NCBI GenBank assembly: GCA_044222185.1
Contig: JBGANV010000001.1
Coordinates: 96,001 to 160,000, forward strand
From: Planctomycetota bacterium
GTDB taxonomy: Bacteria; Planctomycetota; GCA-002687715; CAIWVZ01
Direction: 5' to 3'
DNA length: 64,000 bases
In this document: positions 9,733 to 23,387 of the stretch, piece after piece
Layout of the letters: every line of letters starts with the position of its first letter
How positions within the stretch are numbered: position 1 is the stretch's first letter
The notes under the pieces: model-generated
What the model was told of the DNA's origin: nothing
The model's input: only the letters and a program-made list of their open reading frames with translations
Database searches by the model: none
Made by a program: the position numbers and the translations under genes

Positions 9733-9860
9733 CAAATAGGTTGAAGGCGCGAGGGTGCGGTGGACCGCTCTGCGGTTCGCGACCAAGGCACTCTCGTGCG
9801 TGAACCAAGTCAACACCTACGATGGTGCCTTGCAATTAATTATCAACCAGAATCAAAGCT

Positions 9861-11415
<1,555 letters not shown>

Positions 11416-11594
11416 TAGGGATTGACTAGAACCTGCAGTGATCGCAAGGTCGCTGCTTGTAAACTTTCGGCGTACCCGATGCGCCTTCAACCTTCCTTCT
11501 TTTCGCAGCAGTTGTCGGGTTCCGCGTTAAGGGCCGATCAGCCTTCGGTGGAACGGCTAATCTCGAAAGAGAGAGGCTACGGTCTGTCGAGACT

Positions 11595-11668
11595 CGGCCC
11601 ATAGCTCAGCTGGTTAGAGCACACGCCTGATAAGCGTGAGGTCGGTAGTTCGAATCTACCTGGGCCGA
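11595..11668 (+). tRNA. tRNA-Ile(GAT)
   Basis: Acceptor CGGCCCA/TGGGCCG, anticodon arm CACGC-CTGATAA-GCGTG, GTTCGAATC T-loop; CCA not encoded. Confidence 0.97.
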
Positions 11669-11702
11669 CTTCGTTTCCGCGAAGGCGGCCGGCTCGCTCC
11701 TC

Positions 11703-11775
11703 GGGGGTGTAGCTCAGTTGGGAGAGCGCGTGCTTTGCAAGCATGAGGTCGTGGGTTCGAATCCCATCACCTCCA
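11703..11775 (+). tRNA. tRNA-Ala(TGC)
   Basis: Acceptor GGGGGTG/CACCTCC with G3:U70, anticodon loop TTTGCAA, GTTCGAATC; CCA not encoded. Confidence 0.97.
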
Positions 11776-11881
11776 TATGCGGCCGACATGTTGAGCCTCT
11801 CTTGGAGGCGCAACGAAACTGCTCATCGGGGCGGGCGCTATTGCCCGCCGACGATTCGCTCGGATTCGAGCGGAAAGCAAG

Positions 11882-11893
11882 GTCTTTGACAAT
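11882..11893 (+). promoter_or_regulatory. boxA-like element in 16S-23S spacer
   Basis: GTCTTTGACAAT downstream of tRNA-Ala, matches leader copy. Confidence 0.65.
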
Positions 11894-11979
11894 CCAATAG
11901 TAAAGTCACGAGATCCTGAGTAATGAATAGCAAAGAAGTGGTGTCAGCCACGATTTGTGTCTCAGAAGAAAATCTCTGT

Positions 11980-14918
<2,939 letters not shown>

Positions 14919-15009
14919 GCTTTTTTGTCCTTCGGCTCACACGAGCCGCATGACAGAAGAGCCGGACACGATCGATGGCTGGCCCCACTTTTCTGCTATT
15001 CAGTTTTTT

Positions 15010-15119
<110 letters not shown>

Positions 15120-15128
15120 TTTATATTG

Positions 15129-15162
15129 AAACGCTGGTCGATGCGACCAGCGTTTTTTTTTT
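15129..15162 (+). terminator. Rho-independent terminator of rRNA operon
   Basis: AAACGCTGGTCG-ATG-CGACCAGCG followed by T10. Confidence 0.92.
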
Positions 15163-15465
15163 GCCTGCATCCGAAATGGCCTGGGTCACGAGACTGCGCT
15201 CGCAGCTCTTGGACTCCACTGGCGCCGTGCGTGAATGCGGAGTGCAGACCGAAACCGGAGTCAGTGTTCGGTGCAGACCCATCCGAGATTTCATCCGGCC
15301 GCGCCCCCTCCGTACTGCGTTTGGCGCTGTTGACATCCGGGTGCGCACCGGGCGACGTGGCTTAGCCGTCGACGGCCCAATCGGGGTGTGTTGCGCATTG
15401 AGTCCGGCGCGCGCGGTTTGCCTACTCGGGGTGGGCGGCTGCCCCCGCGTCGGGTATGAGCAAAC

Positions 15466-15661
15466 GCGACCCGGCAAACGCGACCCGGCAACGGCGACCC
15501 GGCAACGGCGACCCGGCAACGGCGACCCGGCAACGGCGACCCGGCAACGGCGACCCGGCAACCGCGACCCGGCAACCGCGACCCGGCAACGGCGACCCGG
15601 CAACCGCGACCCGGCAACCGCGACCCGGCAACCGCGACCCGGCAAACGCGACCCGGCAACC
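15466..15661. repeat. Minisatellite: 14 tandem copies of a 14-bp unit GCGACCCGGCAA(AC/CG/CC)
   Basis: Counted directly; 12 invariant bases plus a variable dinucleotide; partial unit GCAAAC at 15460. Confidence 0.97.
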
Positions 15662-16005
15662 GAGCAGGCCCTCGCGGAGTTGCACTTGGGTGGGAAACTC
15701 GGTGGGCTTCGCGCGCGGATGGTCGCTGTTGGAGTGCGCCCATGAGTCCGGTTCGCGTCGCGGTGGGGGCGTTGGACGCGCCTGACACACTGCCGTGGGC
15801 ACGAGACGGTCGCGGGTACAAAGGGCGCTGGTCGTGGACAGTTAACCGGGGGTGTCTCCGAGTGATATCGGGGGGCTCGGTGTGAACTCGGCCGGGGCGC
15901 CGCTGTGAACGGAAGGCTCGAGCCTCGGTGAATTCGACGCCTCCCGTCCACGCTGACACTGGGCGTTTCCCCCGTGCGGCGTTGTGGCCCGTCGCTTGGC
16001 CAATT

Positions 16006-16230
16006 TCAGCCGCGATCGGCGTTTGCACGGTTCGCACTGTGTTTGGTCACCGGCGCCGACGTCCGGCGTCGCGATTCGGACTTCCACCACGCCAGCGTCG
16101 ACGGGTTTAGATTCCGAGCCTCGGCGAATCGCCGGACCGCGTCGCCGCTCTCGGCCTGTGCCCGCACGGTCTCCAACCACTCCGCCGCCGAGCGCCGCGG
16201 ACTTCGCGGCAGTTCACGTTCGTGCCTCAT
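16006..16230 (-). mobile_element. Orphan IS66-family TnpA-like HTH ORF (IS remnant; no tnpB/tnpC seen)
   Basis: RRSAAEWLETVRAQAESGDAVRRFAEARNLNPSTLAWWK matches IS66 TnpA pattern; SD GGAGG 6 nt before ATG. Confidence 0.65.
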
Positions 16231-16392
16231 TCGCGTCCTCCAATTTGACGCGCGCATCCTCCGCACGCTCACCGCCCGGAATCAGGTGCGGGTCGACGAA
16301 CGCGTACTTTGCACGCAACGCCGCGGAGCCGGAATCACCTGTCCTGTCGACGGAGCCGCGCGGCAGCCACCGTGGAGGGCAACGCGGCACCT

Positions 16393-16444
16393 GGAGAATC
16401 TGCCGGTGGACTCGAACCGGGAGAATCGGCCTGTGGACTCGCAC
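16393..16444. repeat. Imperfect direct repeat, 27-bp period, 2 copies
   Basis: GGAGAATCTGCCGGTGGACTCGAAC vs GGAGAATCGGCCTGTGGACTCGCAC. Confidence 0.7.
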
Positions 16445-16653
16445 GTTCGCGCGGCGCCGGGCTGTGCTTGGATCTTGTAAACCACACCGGGGGCGCACGT
16501 CTCCGTTGCTGTTGTGACGAGAGGCGACCCGCGAGGTGCCCCGCCGCGTTGGCCTGCGACGCCGTGGCGCATCGGCGCATCGGCGTGCACCCGAATTCCC
16601 GTCGACGATGCGGAGGCGGACCGCGCGCTGATCTTGCCGGAAGGCGGGTGAAG

Positions 16654-17286
16654 CTATCGCGGTGTGGCTGGACCGCAGCCGCGAATGACGCCGATGACGA
16701 TGCCTCGAATCTGGATGCGGCTGGCGTGGAATGTCATCGGCTTCATCGCCTCGTTTCGTGGCGCGAGGACGATCTGGTCGTCCCGACGATAGATCCGTTT
16801 TACGGTCGCGTCGGTTCCGTCGACCAGGGCAACGACGATGCTTCCGTCGCTCGGTGTCTTCGTGGGGCGGACGACGATCACGTCGCCGTCGCAGATGTGG
16901 TCGTCGATCATCGAGTCGCCGCGGACGCGGAGTGCGTAACAGCTGGACTGGCCGGAGAAGGCCTCTGCCAGGTCGATCTGTTCAGGACATTCGACCGCCT
17001 CGATCGGGTGGCCCGCTGCAATCGTGCCGAGAAGTGGGAGTGAACCCGATCTGGCCGCGGCCGCGCCGGCGTCGCGGGCAAGTCGGATCGAACGCGACTG
17101 GTAGCGCTCGGAGGTGACCCACCCCTTTCGTTGAAGCTCGCGAATGTGCTCGAGGACCGTGGCCTTGTTGATCTTCAGCCGTTCCGCCAGCTCATCGAGC
17201 GTGGGCCCTACGTCGGCGCCGTCGAGGGCTTCCCGGATAGCCTCGAGAAGGTCGTTCTGGCGCTTCGTCAGCGGGAGGCGGTCCAT
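16654..17286 (-). CDS. lexA: SOS repressor LexA
   Basis: LTKRQ...GPTLDELA wHTH, IAAG cleavage site, GDSM catalytic Ser, ATVKR catalytic Lys. Confidence 0.95.
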   Translation of the reverse strand: MDRLPLTKRQNDLLEAIREALDGADVGPTLDELAERLKINKATVLEHIRELQRKGWVTSERYQSRSIRLARDAGAAAARSGSLPLLGTIAAGHPIEAVECPEQIDLAEAFSGQSSCYALRVRGDSMIDDHICDGDVIVVRPTKTPSDGSIVVALVDGTDATVKRIYRRDDQIVLAPRNEAMKPMTFHASRIQIRGIVIGVIRGCGPATPR

Positions 17287-17287
17287 C

Positions 17288-17392
17288 TCAGAGGAACGCG
17301 AGGGAGATGAAAACGAGGAGTCCGAGGGCGCGGGTGAGCTCAGGCCAGAGGATCGCGGGAGAGCACCAGCGCGCGACAGCTTGGTTGGACAT
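17288..17392 (-). CDS. 34-aa hydrophobic small protein upstream of lexA
   Basis: SD AAAGGA 5 nt before ATG; MSNQAVARWCSPAILWPELTRALGLLVFISLAFL; stop 1 nt before lexA ATG. Confidence 0.55.
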   Translation of the reverse strand: MSNQAVARWCSPAILWPELTRALGLLVFISLAFL

Positions 17393-17444
17393 GTGAATCC
17401 TTTCAGTGAGAGTTTCGGGATCGAGGCGGGCCAAGGTGAGGTGA

Positions 17445-17473
17445 ATGTTAGGGAGATGTGTGGTGTGTGTCAA
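17445..17473 (-). promoter_or_regulatory. sigma70 promoter for small ORF-lexA
   Basis: TTGACA (17473-17468), 17-bp spacer, TAACAT (17450-17445). Confidence 0.75.
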
Positions 17474-17532
17474 CGGGCCTCTCGCAAATCTGGCCCGGCC
17501 GGGTCACGGGGGGTGGTTGATACCTTGGCGCC

Positions 17533-19167
17533 ATGCCGTGGAATCAGCCTGTGCGCGCACGTGGTGTCTTGTTGAACCCGGCCGTTCTGGGGACTCGGGA
17601 GGTTTGTGTAGACACGTTGGTGATCGGTGGCGGCGTGGCCGGCTATCGCGCGGCAATCGAGGCAGCGCGCTCGGGGACCGTGCTCGTCGTCACGAAGGAC
17701 TCGTTTCGCGAGAGCAACAGCGACTACGCCCAGGGGGGCGTCGCCGCGGTCCTCGGGGACGACGATTCTCTTGCTGCACACCGGGACGACACGCTCGCAG
17801 TCGGGCAGGGCCTTTGCGAGCGCTCGGCCGTCGAGCTCGTCGTCGCCGAGGGACCGGAACTCATTCGTGAATTGATCGATTGGGGTGGGCAATTCGACTC
17901 CGCTGGTGGACGGCTCGATTTGACACTCGAGGGGGGACATAGCCGCAGGCGCGTGGTCCACGCACGCGGGGACGCGACTGGCCAGGAGGTGCAGACGACC
18001 CTCCTCCGCACCGTACGAGCGAACCCTCGGATCTCGATCTGGGAGTACTCGTTCGCCGTCGACGTCGTGATTGACGGCGGCGAGTGTCTTGGTGCCGTCG
18101 TTTTGAGGGAGAAGCGCGATGCCTACGCCGTCTTTGCGAAGGCGACGATCCTTGCGACGGGTGGGTCCGGGCGCCTTTATCGCGAAACCACCAATCCGGA
18201 GATCGCGACCGCCGACGGTCTCGGAATCGCCTACCGAGCCGGGGCGACGATCCGTGACATCGAGTTCATTCAGTTCCACCCGACGACTCTCTATGTCGCC
18301 GGCGCAGCCCGGCACCTCATCACGGAAGCGGTTCGCGGAGAGGGCGGCCGACTGGTCGACGAGCACGGTGAACGGTTCGCGTTCAACTACCATCCTTCGG
18401 GCGAGTTGGCTCCTCGTGATGTCGTCAGTCGGGCGATCGTCTCGCACCTTGCCGCCACGAAACAGTCGTGCGTGTATCTGGATCTGAGACATCTCGGAGA
18501 TCGAGTTTCGACACGATTTCCGGGGATTACGAAGGTTTGCGCCGTCTACAACATCGACGTGCGCCGGGACCTGATCCCCGTACTTCCGTCGGCGCACTAC
18601 CAAGTCGGGGGAGTCGTGGCCGGGGTGAACGGGGAGACGAGCGTCCCGGGGCTATTCGCCGCCGGAGAGGTGGCGTCCTCGGGGTTGCACGGGGCCAACC
18701 GCCTCGCGAGCAACTCGCTTCTCGAAGGCCTGGTCTTCGGCCGGCGCGCCGGCGCGACCGCCGGGAGTACGGATCGACCGCTGCGGAAACTCGCCCAGCT
18801 GCGGGGCGCACAGTTCTCCCTGCCGGGGTCGGTCATTCACGTTCCCGACATGGTCAACAGCATCAGGAGCCTCATGTGGAAGGCCGCCGGAATCACTCGC
18901 CGACATGACGGCCTCGAGAAGGCCCTCAAGACCCTCACCGCCTGGAACGACTACGTCGAGCATTGCGAATTTCAGGACGGGCGAGGATTCGAGCTGGTGA
19001 ACCTGCTCACTGGTGCCATCCTCGTCGTGACGGCAGCGCTCTGGCGACTGGAGAGTCGCGGGACGCACTATCGTGCCGACTTCCCGGAGACCGTCGATTC
19101 GACGTTCCGGGTTCACTCGATCCAACAACAGGGAGAGCCCCTGCGTGCGCAACCGGTCACAGGGTAA
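17533..19167 (+). CDS. nadB: L-aspartate oxidase (start may be a few codons later)
   Basis: GGGVAG FAD motif, AQGGVAA, EGGHSRRRVVHA, QFHPT, LITEAVRGEG, GLHGANRLASNSLLE. Confidence 0.95.
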   Translation: MPWNQPVRARGVLLNPAVLGTREVCVDTLVIGGGVAGYRAAIEAARSGTVLVVTKDSFRESNSDYAQGGVAAVLGDDDSLAAHRDDTLAVGQGLCERSAVELVVAEGPELIRELIDWGGQFDSAGGRLDLTLEGGHSRRRVVHARGDATGQEVQTTLLRTVRANPRISIWEYSFAVDVVIDGGECLGAVVLREKRDAYAVFAKATILATGGSGRLYRETTNPEIATADGLGIAYRAGATIRDIEFIQFHPTTLYVAGAARHLITEAVRGEGGRLVDEHGERFAFNYHPSGELAPRDVVSRAIVSHLAATKQSCVYLDLRHLGDRVSTRFPGITKVCAVYNIDVRRDLIPVLPSAHYQVGGVVAGVNGETSVPGLFAAGEVASSGLHGANRLASNSLLEGLVFGRRAGATAGSTDRPLRKLAQLRGAQFSLPGSVIHVPDMVNSIRSLMWKAAGITRRHDGLEKALKTLTAWNDYVEHCEFQDGRGFELVNLLTGAILVVTAALWRLESRGTHYRADFPETVDSTFRVHSIQQQGEPLRAQPVTG

Positions 19168-20593
19168 TCCGGCGAAGGACTACGCCGGCGATCGTCGCCG
19201 AAAGAAGGGCGTCGATCCATCGCAGAACCGAGACTTTCGAGTCGTGCCGGAGGGCACCGCTCCTCCGGAGGAGCGTGCGATCCTCATCTCGGTCGGTACG
19301 GACGCGCATGCCGAGGACGGCGAGCTTCCGACGCTCGACGAACTCGCCGAGCTGGCGCGAACAGCCGGCGCCCGCGTCGTCGGTCGCCTCTACCAGCGAA
19401 GGATCAAGCGCGACGCCGCCACCTATCTCGGGAAGGGAAAAGTGGACGAGCTGAAGAAGATGATGGAGGAAGCCAAGGCCAACCTCGTCGTCGCCGACGA
19501 CGACCTTTCACCGGCGCAGGTGCGGAATCTCGAAGAGGTCATCCAAACCCGCGTCATCGACCGGTCCGAACTCATCATCGACATCTTCGCCCGTCATGCG
19601 CGCACACCGCAGGCGAAGTTGCAGGTCGAACTTGCGCAGCTGCAGTACATGTCGCCCCGGTTGAAGCGCATGTGGACACACCTCTCGCGCATCACGGGAA
19701 CGGGCGGCGTGGGTTCGCGCGGTCCCGGCGAGAAACAGATCGAGGTCGACCGCCGCCTGGTGAAACGGCGAATCGAAGAACTTCGAGCCGAGCTCGGCGC
19801 GATCGAGGGCCGCCGCGAACGCCTGGTGCGCGCACGGGGCGACGTGTTCAACGTGGCGCTCGTCGGATACACGAACGTCGGCAAGTCGACGCTCATGAAC
19901 CGGCTGACGGGTGCAGATGTCTTCGTCGCCGACATGCTGTTTGCGACGCTCGACACTCGCACGCGCAAGATGGACGTGGGGGATGCTGCGCAGGTCCTGC
20001 TTTCCGACACGGTCGGGTTCATCGACAAGCTCCCGCATCACCTCGTAGCCTCGTTCCACGCGACGCTCGCCGAGGTGACCTCTGCAGATTTGTTGCTTCA
20101 CGTCGTCGATGGCGCGGATGACGATGCGGACCACAAGATCCAGATCGTGCGAGACGTGCTCAAAGCCATCGGTGCCGCGGGGATCCCCGAACTGCTCGTG
20201 ATCAACAAGGCGGACCGGGTCACCGACCGGCTGGCCTTCGACGCCTTTCGGGCGCGGATCGGAGACCACGTCGTCACGTCGGCGGTCACCGGCGAGGGGC
20301 TCGACCTCATCCGGGCACGCGTCCGTGAGGGAGCCTCCGCCTTCGAGGAGGTGCTCGACCTCGAGGTTCCGGCTGCCGACGGGAAGACGCTTGCGTTGAT
20401 CGCCTCCACGAGCACGGTCGTCACGCGAGAATACGTCGACGAAACCTGCAGGGTCCGGGTCCGCGTCCCGCGGGTCCATGCGCACCTTTTCGAGAAGTTC
20501 GTCGCTACCAGTACCGGTGCTTCTGCGCCTGCGGGAAGCGGGCGGCGAGGTAGTCGGAAAGGCGGACCTCGTCCGGGAAGAGGAACGACATGA
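19145..20593 (+). CDS. hflX: Ribosome-splitting GTPase HflX
   Basis: GPGEKQIE.DRR, GYTNVGKST, FATLD, DTVGF, NKAD; GTG 19145 chosen for upstream GGGAGAG. Confidence 0.95.
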   Translation: MRNRSQGNPAKDYAGDRRRKKGVDPSQNRDFRVVPEGTAPPEERAILISVGTDAHAEDGELPTLDELAELARTAGARVVGRLYQRRIKRDAATYLGKGKVDELKKMMEEAKANLVVADDDLSPAQVRNLEEVIQTRVIDRSELIIDIFARHARTPQAKLQVELAQLQYMSPRLKRMWTHLSRITGTGGVGSRGPGEKQIEVDRRLVKRRIEELRAELGAIEGRRERLVRARGDVFNVALVGYTNVGKSTLMNRLTGADVFVADMLFATLDTRTRKMDVGDAAQVLLSDTVGFIDKLPHHLVASFHATLAEVTSADLLLHVVDGADDDADHKIQIVRDVLKAIGAAGIPELLVINKADRVTDRLAFDAFRARIGDHVVTSAVTGEGLDLIRARVREGASAFEEVLDLEVPAADGKTLALIASTSTVVTREYVDETCRVRVRVPRVHAHLFEKFVATSTGASAPAGSGRRGSRKGGPRPGRGTT

Positions 20594-21509
20594 GGAGCCA
20601 CTGTTCGAGGTCTTTCGCGAGCGTTGTCGCATCCTGATAACGGTCCGCCGGGTTCGCTGCCGTCGCCTTCCGAATGATCTCGACGAGCGATTCGGGCACG
20701 TAGCTCACGTACTTCCGCGGGTCGAGGTCGTCTGGCCTCTCCGCCACGAGAACCTCGCGCAGCGCGACGGTGTCGCTGGCGTCATGCGCCATTCGACCGG
20801 TGATCGCCTCGTACATGACCAATCCGAGCGAGTAGATGTCGGAGCGCGGGTCAGTCCCGCGTCGGTGGACGGCCTCCGGCGCCATGTACGGGTACTTGCC
20901 CCAGACGACGCTGGCCTCGTCGTCCACGACAGAGGTCAGGGCCTTGGCAACGCCGAAGTCGCTGAGTTTTGGGATCCCGCGGAACGAGATCAGGATGTTG
21001 GTCGGGCAGATGTCGCGGTGGACGATGCCCAGGTGAACGCCATCGCGATTGTGCTTCTTGTGCGCGTACGCAAGCCCGTAGCAAACGCGCGCCATCGTGA
21101 ATGCGACGAGGTCGAGCGGGAGCGTCTCTCCCAGCTCCTTCGCACGCTCGATCATCTGCAGCAGGCTCACCCCAAAGACGTGTTCCATGACGATGAACAC
21201 TTCCTTGCGAGTTCGGACGAGCTGATAGACCTGGATGATGTTGGGGTGGACGAGGTTTGCGACCAGACGAGCCTCGTCCAGGAACATCTGCATCGTCCGT
21301 GGGTCACCGAGCCGCGAGCGGCTGATCATCTTGATGGCAACCAGCTTGCTGAACCCGGCGGCGCCACGCTTCTCGGCGAGCCAGACCTGCCCCATGCCGC
21401 CCGTGCCCAGAATCCGGATGAGCTTGTAGTCACCACCGACGCGGATGATGCGACCGGGACCGGATTTGAACCGCGCGAACACGTCCTCGATCGATTGTTT
21501 GATCCCCAT
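20505..21509 (-). CDS. Cytoplasmic Hanks-type Ser/Thr protein kinase
   Basis: GTGGMG, VAIK, HRDICPTN, DFG, YMAPE, SDIYSLG. Confidence 0.93.
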   Translation of the reverse strand: MGIKQSIEDVFARFKSGPGRIIRVGGDYKLIRILGTGGMGQVWLAEKRGAAGFSKLVAIKMISRSRLGDPRTMQMFLDEARLVANLVHPNIIQVYQLVRTRKEVFIVMEHVFGVSLLQMIERAKELGETLPLDLVAFTMARVCYGLAYAHKKHNRDGVHLGIVHRDICPTNILISFRGIPKLSDFGVAKALTSVVDDEASVVWGKYPYMAPEAVHRRGTDPRSDIYSLGLVMYEAITGRMAHDASDTVALREVLVAERPDDLDPRKYVSYVPESLVEIIRKATAANPADRYQDATTLAKDLEQWLLMSFLFPDEVRLSDYLAARFPQAQKHRYW

Positions 21510-21587
21510 GGGTACTCAGAGAAGGCGCACGGTAACTGGGTGGAACTGCCGCCTGAAGCCGGACGCTCTGCGGTGAAACCGCTCCGG

Positions 21588-23282
21588 TCACCTGCCGGTT
21601 CGGCGCGATTCCGGTGCCATCCGTTCGGCCCCGTCCTTGCGGCGCGGGCCATCGGGGCGCGAGTCAGGTTGCTCGGGTGACGGGTTGGACTCGGGGCGAG
21701 CGGCGGGCGGGACGCTGGTGCTGACGGTCGAACTGCCGCCCTTCGCGTCGTTCGCAGACGCTGCCGCCGCCTGTTTCGCCAGCGTGTCGTAGTAGGCATG
21801 GAGCACGTCCCAGGCGGGCTTGTTCCAGATGCTGTAGCTGACGTCGTCCTTGCGGTCGTCGTTGCGCCACCAGTTCCAGAGGAACATCCCCATGAACGCC
21901 GGGGACGCATCGCTCCAAGTCCGGATGTACGCTCGGAAACACGCCGCCTGCTCGGCGACGTCGGGCTTCGACGTGTTGATGTAGTAGTTCCAGGGATCCT
22001 TGTTGCAGCCGTCCTGGCTCGGATAGCCGATCTCCGTGAAGAGGATCGGCATGTCGATGTCCTTCTGGAATTCCAGCAGGCGGGTGCGGACACGGACCCA
22101 CTCCCGGTAGATCTCGTCGTCAGACGGGTCGTCGCTGTTCGTGAGCGAGTGGTATCCGGTCATGCCGACGATGTCGAGGTCGTGCCAGAACTTGATCTTG
22201 GTGAGGTGATCCCAGTTCGCGGAGTAGGTCAACCGCCCTGCAAACCGCGACCGAACGTTGGCGATCACGGCCTTCCATGCGCCGGTGTTCTCTTCGAGAG
22301 ATGAGAATTCGCTGCCGACACACAGGAGCGCCGCACCGAGGTCGTGGGAGATGTCGGCCCAGATCCCCATGTATCGGGTGTAGTTCCTGAACCACAGCCA
22401 GAGCTGCTTCGGTGTGATGTCGCCACGCCAGTGATCGGCGTTGCCCGTACGCAGCAGCACGAGGGGGAGGAACGCCACCCCCATGCCGCGGGCACGCACT
22501 TGTCGCGACACGCGGTCGACGGTCGGCCAACTGGCGGTCCGGCCCTTGACCGGTCCGAACTCCGTGCTCTGCCAGTCCTCCATGAGGTGCGGGACGCTGA
22601 GCATGGCGTGCGACGTTCCCAGCTCCTTCATCTCGTCGACGAATTTCCCGTAGTCGAAGTCGTCGTTCTGGGCCCACAGGCCGAGCGTGTTCCCGCGAAA
22701 GAATCGGACATCCGCGGGGATCGGCTCCGGCTTGCGACTCCAGACGCCCACGCCAGCGGCCTTCGCCTTGGCCTGTGCCGCGCGCAGGATCTCCGCATGA
22801 CGCGTGGCCTCTTCGAGACACAAGCGGACGAGCCCCTCTTCCAGGAGGACCTCTGCGATGAGCCGATCGTCATCCAGCACCGCATGGGCGAGCCAATCTC
22901 CGTTGGGAAGCTGGCGATCACCGTCGAATTCCAGGGTCAGCTCGACGCTCTGGACGAGTTTCTCGAGACGCGCTCGTGCCGTCTCGCCGAACGCGGAGAC
23001 GATCGTGCCGTCGCTCTCGACGACCGGCGCCTGGATCCCCTCGAGCACGACGACGGCACCTTCTGCGGTCGTGAATCGCTCGCCGCTTGTCGCCCCCTGC
23101 CCGTGCACGCGCGCGGACACGGCCGTCCATTGGTGCGAAGGGACGTCTTTGCGGTTGCTCGCCGTGCGCGGGCGACCACGCTCGTCGACCCACCGGAGCT
23201 CCTGGGACGACGCCCGGGGGCTGACGGCCGCGCCGAAGAGGACGACGACGGATAGCGCGAAGCACTGTGCGCGGTGAAGCAT
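21588..23282 (-). CDS. Secreted fusion: signal peptide, DUF4124-like segment, degenerate SNase-like domain, GH113-like glycoside hydrolase
   Basis: MLHRAQ...ASSQ signal; RWVDERGR; LEGIQAP...LLEEGL...AKAAGVGVWS; VGSEF, YSANWD, FWHDLD, ILFTEIGY. Confidence 0.8.
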   Translation of the reverse strand: MLHRAQCFALSVVVLFGAAVSPRASSQELRWVDERGRPRTASNRKDVPSHQWTAVSARVHGQGATSGERFTTAEGAVVVLEGIQAPVVESDGTIVSAFGETARARLEKLVQSVELTLEFDGDRQLPNGDWLAHAVLDDDRLIAEVLLEEGLVRLCLEEATRHAEILRAAQAKAKAAGVGVWSRKPEPIPADVRFFRGNTLGLWAQNDDFDYGKFVDEMKELGTSHAMLSVPHLMEDWQSTEFGPVKGRTASWPTVDRVSRQVRARGMGVAFLPLVLLRTGNADHWRGDITPKQLWLWFRNYTRYMGIWADISHDLGAALLCVGSEFSSLEENTGAWKAVIANVRSRFAGRLTYSANWDHLTKIKFWHDLDIVGMTGYHSLTNSDDPSDDEIYREWVRVRTRLLEFQKDIDMPILFTEIGYPSQDGCNKDPWNYYINTSKPDVAEQAACFRAYIRTWSDASPAFMGMFLWNWWRNDDRKDDVSYSIWNKPAWDVLHAYYDTLAKQAAAASANDAKGGSSTVSTSVPPAARPESNPSPEQPDSRPDGPRRKDGAERMAPESRRTGR

Positions 23283-23387
23283 GGCGATGTGGTACGGTCG
23301 ACGCCTGACGCCGTCAACTCTGGGGAGCATGTGGCTTGCCGGTGGTTCCAGGCACTCATACGATGCCCGGCCGTCACCGTCCCCACC

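Noticed and set aside
15466-15661. CRISPR array or coding repeat protein
   Set aside because: No spacers and no cas genes; the 14-bp unit cycles through frames, and the overlapping ORFs lack SD or recognisable domains
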